This document shows, piece by piece, positions 14,401 through 25,375 of a stretch of 64,000 bases of DNA. Origin of the DNA: Eledone cirrhosa (taxonomy: Eukaryota); NCBI GenBank assembly GCA_964016885.1, contig OZ024751.1, forward strand, positions 14,384,001-14,448,000, read 5' to 3'. Numbering within the stretch: the first letter of the stretch is position 1; every line of letters begins with the position of its first letter. The notes beneath the pieces were generated by a model. It saw only the letters and a list, made by a program, of their open reading frames with translations. It searched no databases and was not told where the DNA came from. Position numbers and translations under genes: made by a program.

Positions 14401-17400
14401 TACCAACCCTTGGCCTATGTGAGTTACTGTACTGACCATAGACAACTGTACCAACCCTTGGCCCATGTGAGTTACTGTACTGACCATAGACAACTGTACC
14501 AACCCTTGGCCCATGTCAGTTACTGTACTGACCATAAACAACTGTACCAACCCTTGGCCCATGTCAGTTACTGTACTGACCATAAACAACTGTACCAACC
14601 CTTGGCCCAGGTCAGCTACTGTACTGACCATAGACAACTGTACCAACCCTTGGCCCATGTCAGTTACTGTACCAACCCTTGGCCTATGTCAGTTACTGTA
14701 CTGACCATAGACAACTGTACCAACCCTTGGCCCATGTCAGTTACTGTACTGACCATAGACAACTGTACCAACCCTTGGCCCATGTCAGTTACTGTACTGA
14801 CCATAGACAACTGTACCAACCCTTGGCCCATGTCAGTTACTGTACTGACCATAGACAACTGTACCAACCCTTGGCCCATGTCAGTTACTGTACTGACCAT
14901 AGATAGCTGTACCAACCGTTGGCCCAGGTCAGCTACTGTACTGACCATAAACAACTGTACCAACCCTTGGCCCATGTCAGTTACTGTACCAACCCTTGGC
15001 CTATGTCAGTTACTGTACTGACCATAGACAACTGTACCAACCCTTGGCCCATGTCAGTTACTGTACTGACCATAGACAACTGTACCAACCCTTGGCCCAT
15101 GTCAGTTACTGTACTGACCATAGACAACTGTACCAACCCTTGGCCCATGTCAGTTACTGTACTGACCATAGACAACTGTACCAACCCTTGGCCCATGTCA
15201 GTTACTGTACTGACCATAGATAGCTGTACCAACCGTTGGCCCAGGTCAGCTACTGTACTGACCATAGACAACTGTACCAACCCTTGGCCCATGTCAGTTA
15301 CTGTACTGACCATAGACAACTGCACCAACCCTTGGCCCATGTCAGTTACTGTACTGATCATACAAAACTGTACCAACCCTTGGCCCATGTCAGTTACTGT
15401 ACTGACCATAGACAACTGTACCAACCCTTGGCCCATGTCAGTTACTGTACTGACCATAGATAGCTGTACCAACCGTTGGCCCAGGTCAGCTACTGTACTG
15501 ACCATAAACAACTGTACCAACCCTTGGCCCATGTCAGTTACTGTACTGACCATAGATAGCTGTACCAACCGTTGGCCCAGGTCAGCTACTGTACTGACCA
15601 TAGACAACTGTACCAACCCTTGGCCCATGTCAGTTACTGTACTGACCATAGACAACTGTACCAACCCTTGGCCCATGTCAGTTACTGTACTGACCATAGA
15701 CAACTGTACCAACCCTTGGCCCATGTCAGTTACTGTACTGACCATAGACAACTGTACCAACCCTTGGCCCATGTCAGTTACTGTACTGACCATAGATAGC
15801 TGTACCAACCGTTGGCCCAGGTCAGCTACTGTACTGACCATAAACAACTGTACCAACCCTTGGCCCATGTCAGTTACTGTACTGACCATAGACAACTGTA
15901 CCAACCCTTGGCCCATGTCAGTTACTGTACTGACCATAGATAGCTGTACCAACCGTTGGCCCAGGTCAGCTACTGTACTGACCATAGACAACTGTACCAA
16001 CCCTTGGCCCATGTCAGTTACTGTACCAACCCTTGGCCTATGTGAGTTACTGTACTGACCATAGACAACTGTACCAACCCTTGGCCCATGTCAGTTACTG
16101 TACTGACCATAGACAACTGTACCAACCCTTGGCCCATGTCAGTTACTGTACTGACCATAGACAACTGTACCAACCCTTGGCCCATGTCAGTTACTGTACT
16201 GACCATAGACAACTGTACCAACCCTTGGCCCATGTCAGTTACTGTACTGACCATAGACAACTGTACCAACCCTTGGCCCAGGTCAGCTACTGTACTGACC
16301 ATAGACAACTGTACCAACCCTTGGCCCAGGTCAGCTACTGTACTGACCATAGACAACTGTACCAACCCTTGGCCCATGTCAGTTACTGTACCAACCCTTG
16401 GCCTATGTGAGTTACTGTACTGACCATAGACAACTGTACCAACCCTTGGCCCATGTCAGTTACTGTACTGACCATAGACAACTGTACCAACCCTTGGCCC
16501 ATGTCAGTTACTGTACTGACCATAGACAACTGTACCAACCCTTGGCCCATGTCAGTTACTGTACTGACCATAGACAACTGTACCAACCCTTGGCCCATGT
16601 CAGTTACTGTACTGACCATAGACAACTGTACCAACCCTTGGCCCATGTCAGTTACTGTACTGACCATAAACAACTGTACCAACCCTTGGCCCATGTCAGT
16701 TACTGTACTGACCATAGATAGCTGTACCAACCGTTGGCCCAGGTCAGCTACTGTACTGACCATAGACAACTGTACCAACCCTTGGCCCATGTCAGTTACT
16801 GTACCAACCCTTGGCCTATGTGAGTTACTGTACTGACCATAGACAACTGTACCAACCCTTGGCCCATGTCAGTTACTGTACTGACCATAGACAACTGTAC
16901 CAACCCTTGGCCCATGTCAGTTACTGTACTGACCATAGACAACTGTACCAACCCTTGGCCCATGTCAGCTACTGTACTGACCATAGACAACTGTACCAAC
17001 CCTTGGCCCATGTCAGTTACTGTACTGACCATAGACAACTGTACCAACCCTTGGCCCATGTCAGTTACTGTACTGACCATAGACAACTGTACCAACCCTT
17101 GGCCCATGTCAGCTACTGTACTGACCATAGACAACTGTACCAACCCTTGGCCCATGTCAGTTACTGTACTGACCATAGACAACTGTACCAACCCTTGGCC
17201 CATGTCAGCTACTGTACTGACCATAGACAACTGTACCAACCCTTGGCCCATGTCAGTTACTGTACTGACCATAGACAACTGTACCAACCCTTGGCCCATG
17301 TCAGTTACTGTACTGACCATAAACAACTGTACCAACCCTTGGCCCATGTCAGTTACTGTACTGACCATAGATAGCTGTACCAACCGTTGGCCCAGGTCAG

Positions 17401-18570
17401 CTACTGTACTGACCATAGACAACTGTACCAACCCTTGGCCCATGTCAGTTACTGTACCAACCCTTGGCCTATGTGAGTTACTGTACTGACCATAGACAAC
17501 TGTACCAACCCTTGGCCCATGTCAGTTACTGTACTGACCATAGACAACTGTACCAACCCTTGGCCCATGTCAGTTACTGTACTGACCATAAACAACTGTA
17601 CCAACCCTTGGCCCATGTCAGTTACTGTACTGACCATAGATAGCTGTACCAACCGTTGGCCCAGGTCAGCTACTGTACTGACCATAGACAACTGTACCAA
17701 CCCTTGGCCTATGTCAGTTACTGTACTGACCATAGACAACTGTACCAACCCTTGGCCCATGTCAGTTACTGTACTGACCATAGACAACTGTACCAACCCT
17801 TGGCCCATGTCAACTACTGTACTGACCATAGATAGCTGTACCAACCCTTGGCCCAGGTCAGCTACTGTACTGACCATAGACAACTGTACCAACCCTTGGC
17901 CCATGTCAACTACTGTACTGACCATAGATAGCTGTACCAACCCTTGGCCCAGGTCAGTTACTGTACTGACCATAGACAACTGTACCAACCCTTGGCCCAG
18001 GTCAGCTACTGTACTGACCATAGACAACTGTACCAAACCTTGGCCCATGTCAGTTACTGTACTGGCCATAGACAACTGTACCAACCCTTGGCCCATGTCA
18101 GTTACTGTACTGACCATAGACAACTGTACCAACCCTTGGCCCAGGTCAGCTACTGTACTGACCATAGACAACTGTACCAAACCTTGGCCCATGTCAGTTA
18201 CTGTACTGACCATAGACAACTGTACCAACCCTTGGCCCATGTCAACTACTGTACTGACCATAGATAGCTGTACCAACCCTTGGCCCATGTCAGATACTGT
18301 ACTGACCATAGACAGCTGTACCAACCCTTGGCCCATGTCAGCTACTGTACTGACCATAGATAGCTGTACCAACCCTTGGCCCATGTCAGCTACTGTACTG
18401 ACCATAGATAGCTGTACCAACCCTTGGCCCATGTCAGCTACTGTACTGACCATAGATAGCTGTACCAACCGTTGGCCCATGTCAGCTACTGTACTGACCA
18501 TAGATAGCTGTACCAACCGTTGGCCCAGGTCAGCTACTGTACTGACCACATAGACAACTGTACCAACACT
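11452..18570. repeat. 7.1 kb tandem array, 48 bp unit with interspersed 29 bp units
   Basis: Unit CTGTACCAACCCTTGGCCCATGTCAGTTACTGTACTGACCATAGACAA, about 150 copies. Confidence 0.98.
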
Positions 18571-19443
18571 TGCCCAGATCAGTACAGTAGCTGGTTCTTT
18601 GGATTAAAGGGACAGATCATTTTTACCAACAATGTGAAATAAACTGTTGCTGAAGAACACCATGTCCTGCAGTAATTGAACTCACAGACTTACATACATG
18701 AGCCAAACACCCTAACCACTAAGATTATCTTAAGCTACTATCCTTTAGGGCAACTATGTGATGGAAGTTAGAAGCTTCCAAGGTACTCAGAGTGTCCCAA
18801 AGCAAGCTGATGTTATTGTTTGTCAGCCCTTGTTATAAAGGTCCATCTTGATTATCTGTTTGTGATTGGTGAGTCCTCTACCGATTAATCTGGAATCTAT
18901 ATATCAATCCCACACTCATATTAGAAAGATTTGGCCCCAATGGAGCAAGGTACGGTCTGGCCAATCCTGGCCAGACTTGTCTCTTGATGCGGACAACCCT
19001 TCTGAGCCATTGCAAGCATGGAAAAATGGACGTCAAACGGTGATGATGATGATGAATGGTCATTCGTGACCAAAGGGGGGGGGGGTCTTGTATGTATGTA
19101 TGTATGTATATACATATATATATATGTATATATATATGGAGAATAGGATTGGCTGTGTAGTTGCTAGTTAAGGTAGCTTAAAATGGAGTGAGAATAAGAA
19201 GAAAGCAAGAACGGGGAGGGGGGGGGGGTTCCTCATCAGTTGTCTACTAGGGGTCTGTGATATTTCAACGCTTTAAAGACAATATAGCTACCCCCAGAGC
19301 GTTAAATAACTGGGTAAGTTATTGGGATAACAGAGGAGGGAGGGAAGAAAATAGAAAACAGCAAAAAACAAACAAACCAAGCAACGTGCGAGCAACTTAA
19401 GGTAAGAAAATCCAAGACGACAACGGTAACTGAAATATATATA

Positions 19444-19773
19444 TCATCATCATCATCATCATCATTTTACATCCGCTTTTCCCTGCTTGCAAGGGTGGGA
19501 CGGGAACTGATTCTGGCTTGATGCCCTTCCTAACACCAACCTCAGTTACAGTGAATGCTGGGTGCTTTTTTGCCGTGGAACCTCCACGACCACTTTACAG
19601 TGGAATGATATGGACCCCAGTCCCTATCATCTCATTTCAACAGCTGAGTAAACTGGAGCAATGTGAAATAAAGTGTCTTGCTCAAGGAAACAACACATCA
19701 CCCGGTCTGAGAATTGAACTCACAACCTTTCGATTGCAAGGGCAATACTCTAACCACTAAGCCATGTGCCTCC
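19444..19773 (-). mobile_element. SINE family B, full length
   Basis: Reverse-complement copy with (CAT)n tail, flanked by (TA)n. Confidence 0.85.
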
Positions 19774-19805
19774 ATATATATATAATAAACAACACAATAT
19801 AATTA

Positions 19806-19876
19806 TTCCATTACACAAGGTTTCACGAAGTCAGACGATTCTAACAGAGGTGTCTGAAGTCGTTCATCAGATAGAA
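19806..19876 (-). ncRNA. Hammerhead ribozyme-like motif, family B (left arm of fold-back)
   Basis: Minus strand: TTCTAT-CTGATGA-ACGA..TCAGAC..GTCTGA..TCGT-GAA-ACCTTGTGT-A-ATGGAA. Stems I and II pair. Confidence 0.7.
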
Positions 19877-19989
19877 ATCTTTAATTTGGATATAAAAATA
19901 TTTTTATATATTAGATATAGAAATATATATATTAATAGATATATTTATATATTGGATATGAAAAATATTTTTATATCCAAATTAAAGAT

Positions 19990-20060
19990 TTTTATCTGAT
20001 GAACGACTTCAGACACCTCTCTTAGAATCGTCTGACTTCGTGAAACCTTGGGTAATGGAA
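19990..20060 (+). ncRNA. Hammerhead ribozyme-like motif, family B (right arm of fold-back)
   Basis: TTTTAT-CTGATGA(19996)-ACGA..TCAGAC..GTCTGA..TCGT-GAA-ACC ttg GGT-A-ATGGAA. Intact core and three stems, predicted GUA cleavage triplet ending at 20054. Confidence 0.75.
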
Positions 20061-20139
20061 TAATTATATTGTGTTGTTTATTATGTAAGTAAATAGCTCT
20101 GTACAATAAATAAAGCACTTTTCTTTACCTAGAGAGAGA

Positions 20140-20500
20140 GAGGTTATATTTAATTTGTTGGGATACAACAAGTTAAAATATTTTTATAACCGATATAAAG
20201 CACTCAACAAATTATTGGAGTAAATATACAATATATTACAATATATTAACAAATGGAAACTATATTTATTTCATTATACATATTTCAAGGGCCACCATCC
20301 AGAAAGCTCCAACCGATAAGGTTGCATTTTTTCAGGGTATGTCAATATTTATTTATAAAACTAATCTGTATTATATTTTATCTGATGAAAGCACACCATA
20401 ATCTGCCTTGGAGGCCTTTGAAATATGTATAATGAAATAAATATGGTTTTATAAATATAGTTTCCATTTGTTAATATATTGTAAATATATTGTATATTTA
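20140..20500. mobile_element. Family A hammerhead element with inverted partial copy
   Basis: 20221-20297 is the reverse complement of the 3' part of the plus-strand copy at 20298-20500. 20140-20210 resembles 7330-7395. Confidence 0.6.
20374..20439 (+). ncRNA. Hammerhead ribozyme-like motif, family A
   Basis: TATTTTAT-CTGATGA-(imperfect stem II)-GAA-ATATGTAT-A-ATGAAATA. Stem I is 8 bp with one GU, and stem III is self-complementary with GU pairs. Confidence 0.65.
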
Positions 20501-20556
20501 TATATATATATGCAGAAAGTTCAGTAAATCCAAAGAAATACTCAATTCAGAGCAGA

Positions 20557-20760
20557 GTGTATTACAATAAGAACAAAGTGGAGATGTTACATAGGAGATA
20601 TAGTGTTTGATCCAGGTTACAAATGTTTCCCAGGCAGTCTTGGAGTCTAGTGGGGGGGGGGGGGGGTGCCATCCCAGATCACAAACCAGCTGCTTGGGAA
20701 ACATTTGTAACCAGGATTAAACAATAAATCTCCTATGTAACATCTCCACTTTGTTCTTAT
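20557..20760. mobile_element. Fold-back element, possibly a hammerhead 3' half
   Basis: ~70 bp inverted arms ATAAGAACAAAGTGGAGATGTTACATAGGAGAT.. / ..ATCTCCTATGTAACATCTCCACTTTGTTCTTAT. Arms contain GAA-ACATTTGT-A but no CTGANGA. Confidence 0.5.
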
Positions 20761-20771
20761 ATAATATATAG

Positions 20772-20820
<49 letters not shown>

Positions 20821-20859
20821 TGTGTGTGTGTGTAGTTAAATCAGAGGGGGGGGGGGACC

Positions 20860-21010
20860 AAAGTAAGTAAGATACTCAATGCATAGAGAGTATAAAGGTT
20901 AATGTAGAAATGGCTTCTACAGGACTAGAACTGTTTCAGGAAATCATCAGAAAAGCCCCTGATGATTTCCTTTGAATGAAACAGTTCTAGTCCTGTAGAA
21001 GCTATATTAT
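20860..21010. mobile_element. Palindromic element family H, copy 1
   Basis: GCTTCTACAGGACTAGAACTGTTTCA..TGAAACAGTTCTAGTCCTGTAGAAGC with internal CTGATGA-tttcctttgaat-GAAA. Further copies at 23710 and 36733. Confidence 0.6.
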
Positions 21011-21012
21011 AT

Positions 21013-21180
21013 ATGGGAAAATGTTTGACCCCCAACGGCAGAGCTATTTCTGGACTATGTCGTCGAAACAGCTTGAACTCTGCCGTCGGGGTCAAACATT
21101 TTCCTATTACCCACTCTACTATCCTAAGTATTGAGTACTCTGGTGCGTTATGGTGCATCTGGTTCCTTACCACACCTCTT
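21013..21180 (+). mobile_element. Fold-back element family I
   Basis: GGAAAATGTTTGACCCC..GGCAGAG / CTCTGCCGTCGGGGTCAAACATTTTCC plus tail ACTCTACT..AAGTATTGAGTACTCTGGTGCGTTATGG. Homologues at 11131-11200 and 48470-48610. Confidence 0.6.
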
Positions 21181-21200
21181 TTGTTATATATATATATATA

Positions 21201-21259
<59 letters not shown>

Positions 21260-21559
21260 TTGAGTGTATGTGTATTTATATATCTGAGTGTGCATATATA
21301 TATTTGAATGTGTGTGTGTGTGTGTGTCCATACATATATGTGTATATGACAGTGTGTATGTGTGTGTGTGTTCTTTGTTATAATATATACCACCGACCAC
21401 TTTACTACATGTTAGAGAGAGACAAAGATCTGTGAACAATAAAACCAACAGAACTGGGGAGAGTTACCTGGTGTCACATGTCACATACACTGAGCTGTAT
21501 AGCAACACCTGCTATCTACATACTGTGTGTGTGTGTATATATATGTGTATATATATATA

Positions 21560-21928
21560 TGTGAGGATGTGTGTATCTGTATATGTGCATAAGAGAGTAT
21601 GTTTGTTGGTGTGTGTGTGTATATATATATATATATGTATATATATATGAGGATGTGTGTATCTGTATATGTGCAGAAGAGAGTATGTTTGTTGGTGTGT
21701 GTGTGTGTATATATATGTATATATATATATGAGGATGTGTGTATCTGTATATGTGCAGAAGAGAGTATGTTTGTTGGTGTGTGTGTGTATATATATGTAT
21801 ATATATATATATGAGGATGTGTGTATCTGAATATGTGCATAATAGAGTATGTTTGTTGGTGTGTGTATATATATATATATATGAGGATGTGTGTATCTGT
21901 ATATGTGCATAAGAGAGTATGTTTGTTG

Positions 21929-21962
<34 letters not shown>

Positions 21963-22008
21963 GAGGATGTGTGTATCTGTATATGTGCAGAAGAGAGTAT
22001 GTTTGTTG

Positions 22009-22042
<34 letters not shown>

Positions 22043-22510
22043 GAGGATGTGTGTATCTGTATATGTGCAGAAGAGAGTATGTTTGTTGGTGTGTGTGTGT
22101 ATATATATGTATATATATATATATGTATATATATGTGTATATATATATATATGAGGATGTGTGTATCTGTATATGTGCATAAGAGAGTATGTTTGTAGTG
22201 TGTGTGTGTGTGTGTATATATATATATGAGGATGTGTGTATATGTATATGTGCATAAGAGAGTATGTTTGTTGGTGTGTGTGTGTGTATATATATATGTG
22301 TATATATATATATATATGAGGATGTGTGTATCTGTATATGTGCATAAGAGAGTATGTTTGTTGGTGTGTGTGTGTGTATATATATATATATGAGGATGTG
22401 TGTATATATATATGTGCATAATAGAGTATGTTTGTTGGTGTGTGTATATATATATATATATGAGGATGTGTGTATCTGTATATGTGCATAAGAGAGTATG
22501 TTTGTTGGTG

Positions 22511-22552
<42 letters not shown>

Positions 22553-22603
22553 TATATGAGGATGTGTGTATCTGTATATGTGCATAATAGAGTATGTTTG
22601 TTG

Positions 22604-22635
<32 letters not shown>

Positions 22636-22907
22636 GAGGATGTGTGTATATGTATATGTGCATAAGAGAGTATGTTTGTTGGTGTGTGTGTATATATACA
22701 TATATATATATATATAAGGATGTGTGTATCTGTATATGTGCTTAAGAGGGTATGTTTGTTGGTGTGTGTGTGTGTATATATATATATTCACTCATGCATG
22801 TATACAGCTACAGTGTCACATACATCCATATATATATATATATACACACCAACACATCCACACACCAACAAACACTCTTATGCACATATACAGATACACA
22901 CATCCTC

Positions 22908-22912
<5 letters not shown>
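21560..22912. repeat. Compound array GAGGATGTGTGTATCTGTATATGTGCATAAGAGAGTATGTTTGTTG(GT)n(AT)n with a terminal inverted unit
   Basis: About 17 direct units; 22860-22912 is one reverse-complement unit. Confidence 0.95.
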
Positions 22913-22944
<32 letters not shown>

Positions 22945-22974
22945 GAGTGTCCCACAAAAATGGAAATAGTTATG

Positions 22975-23593
22975 TTGGTGGGTATGGTTGTGTGGGTGGG
23001 TATGGTCGTGTGGGTGGGAATGGTCGTGTGGGTGGGAATGGTCGTGTGGGTGGGTATAGTTGTGTGGGTGGGAATGGTCGTGTGGGTGGGTATAGTCGTG
23101 TGGGTGGGTATAGTTGTGTGGGTGGGAATGGTCGTGTGGGTGGGTATAGTCGTGTGGGTGGGAATGGTCGTGTGGGTGGGTATAGTCGTGTGGGTGGGTA
23201 TGGTTGTGTGGGTGGGAATGGTTGTGTGGGTGGGAGTAGTTGTGTGGGTGGGTATGGTTGTGTGGGTGGGAATGGTTGTGTGGGTGGGTATGGTTGTGTG
23301 GGTGGGTATGGTTGTGTGGGTGGGAATGGTTGTGTGGGTGGGTATGGTTGTGTGGGTGGGAATGGTTGTGTGGGTGGGTATGGTTGTGTGGGTGGGTATG
23401 GTTGTGTGGGTGGGAGTAGTTGTGTGGGTGTGAGTAGTTGTGTGGGTGTGAGTAGTTGTGTGGGTGGGTATGGTTGTGTGGGTAGGTATGGTTGTGTGGG
23501 TGGGAATGGTTGTGTGGGTGGGAATGGTTGTGTGGGTGGGAATGGTTGTGTGGGTGGGAATGGTTGTGTGGGTGGGTGTAGTTGTGTGGGTGG
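22975..23593. repeat. 18 bp G-rich minisatellite
   Basis: (GGTGGG T/A ATGGT T/C GTGTG)n, about 34 copies. Confidence 0.95.
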
Positions 23594-23709
23594 ACAGTTC
23601 ACCTTACAACCATGGTTTCAAGTTCATTCCAACCGTGTAGAACCTAGGGTGAAATTTGGTAGACAGAAACTATGTAGAAGCCAGTTATACATAAGTGAGA
23701 GAGAGAAAG

Positions 23710-23889
23710 TCCCGGGCTCAATCAGGGATAACCACAGTAAATAGGGTACTCAATACATTAGTAGAGTGTAAACCTGGATTTTAATATAGAAATGGCTTCT
23801 ACAGGACTAGAACTGGTTCATACAAAAGAAATCATGATGATTTTTTTTTAATGAAACAGTTCTAGTCCAGTAGATGCCATTTCTATATA
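23710..23889. mobile_element. Palindromic element family H, copy 2
   Basis: Same palindrome as at 20905. The left flank is the reverse complement of the tail at 36860-36925. Confidence 0.6.
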
Positions 23890-24164
23890 TACGTGTGTGT
23901 GTGTATGTGCTTGTCTAGTTTATGTCCTATAACTTAGCAGTTGGAGAAAAGAAATCGATAAACTAAGTACCAGATTTGAAAAAAATAAGTACTGGGTTCA
24001 CTATGACTAACTAAATCCCTTTAAATTGGTGCCCTAGCATGGCCATAGTCTAATTTTACTAGGGTGTTGTTGTTTACTTGAAACATCATGTAAAGTTTAT
24101 AGAATAGTGAGGTTTTTATTAGAAAGCTACAGCAATATAAATGAGACATTAACTATCTTTAAAA

Positions 24165-24682
24165 ATAATTGTTTCTACTTTTGGCACAAGGCCATCAATT
24201 ACCCAGTACATGACTGGTACTTTATTTTATCGACCCCATAAGGATGAAAGGCAAAGTTAACCTCGGCGGGATTTGAACTCAGACCGTAAAGGGACGTAAC
24301 TATGCTGGAAAGCATGGGCGTCCAACTCTCTACCTATACTGCCAATCCACACCCGTGGATTTAAAAATAATTGTCTTTACTTTTGGCACAAGGCCAGCAA
24401 TTGCCCAGTGCATTACTGGTACTTTATTTTATCGACCCCGTAAGGATGAAAGGCAAAGTCAACCTCGGCGGGATTTGAAAATAATAACATTTTTTGTTGG
24501 ATTGGCAGTATTGGTAAAGGGTTGGACACAATGCTTTGCAACACAGAGTTACGGCCCTTTTCGGTTTAAGTTCAAATGCCGCCGAGGTTAACTTTGCCTT
24601 TCATCCTTCCGGGGCTGATAAAAAAGTACCAGTAATGTACTGGTATAATTGCTGGCCTTGTGCCAAAAATAGAAACAATTAA
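24165..24682. mobile_element. Cluster of three SINE family A copies (-, -, +)
   Basis: 24165-24350 (-), 24362-24478 (-) and 24497-24682 (+). tRNA head with GTTCAAAT B-box and the central GCCTTTCATCCTT.CGGGG.CGATAAAA..GTACCAG domain (Meta-domain-like by recall). Confidence 0.85.
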
Positions 24683-25099
24683 TATTTAATGTTCTGTTCT
24701 AATCAAACATTATTTCATAGTTTTACTTTTTTGGCAGGGTTTTATTGATTATCAGGATCAAAGAGATCATTGTTGTCATCAACATCTAAATCCTGGTGAT
24801 TTGATGACATATTTGTCAGCATCTTTTTTTTGTAATCCTCCCCATGGTACCTATTATTTTAGAGATTGTTTCTGGATTTTTGTTTTTTAAACCCCCCCCC
24901 CCCCCCGCCCACTCCCCCCGTTCCAGTCATCTCTATTTGTATCATTTTCCCATTTGTTTTCAAGATATATCGATCAGTTGTTGATATGGCAACATCAATA
25001 ATGTGATAATTTTTTATCTGATGAACTTTGACAATAATATCCGAGTGATATCACTTTAATCCTCCCATCTGTGGATATCAGAATATCCCAGATTATAAT

Positions 25100-25372
25100 C
25101 TGGAACATTCTGATGTATAACAGACATGTGATGTGCATGGATGATGTATCGTCTGAGTGAAGAAATGCCAGGAAATCCCCAGTGGAAGGAAACCACTGTA
25201 GAAGGTACACCAAGAAAGACCTGAGCAGAGGTGGTGAGAGCTTATCTCAAATTACGGAAGAGATGACGAAGGAATGCAGCAAGTGAAGAGATGTTGTGCT
25301 CAAAAGGACCCATCCAACCCATGCAAGCGTAAAAAATGGGAGTAAAAATAATGATGATGTTAATGATGATGA
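25100..25372 (+). pseudogene. RTE LINE 3' end, decayed
   Basis: GAAGAAATGCCAGGAAATCCCCAGTGGAAGG..GAGGTGGTGAGAGC..GAGATGACGAAGGA matches the reverse complement of 44800-44930. Confidence 0.75.
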
Positions 25373-25375
25373 CTT

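Larger units (their letters stand above)
19782..20084. mobile_element. Fold-back element with two inverted hammerheads (Penelope-like pLTR remnant)
   Basis: ~128 bp near-perfect inverted arms (19782-19910 / 19957-20084) around an AT-rich spacer. Confidence 0.65.

Noticed and set aside
11378-18553. Long repetitive ORFs (MGQGLVQLSMVSTV.. etc.)
   Set aside because: The 48 bp unit is a multiple of 3 and open on both strands, and 29 bp units shift the frame freely. This is a satellite artefact.
19225-19250. CTGATGA-GGAAC on the minus strand as a hammerhead
   Set aside because: No GAAA, stem III or stem I partner follows.
22752-23744. Gly-rich GGYGCV ORF resembling structural proteins such as suckerin
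   Set aside because: A homogeneous 18 bp DNA repeat open in several frames, with a microsatellite N-terminus and no signal peptide.
25010-25060. TTTTTAT-CTGATGA-ACT..AGT-GATA
   Set aside because: GAAA is absent and the stems are weak; too degenerate to call.
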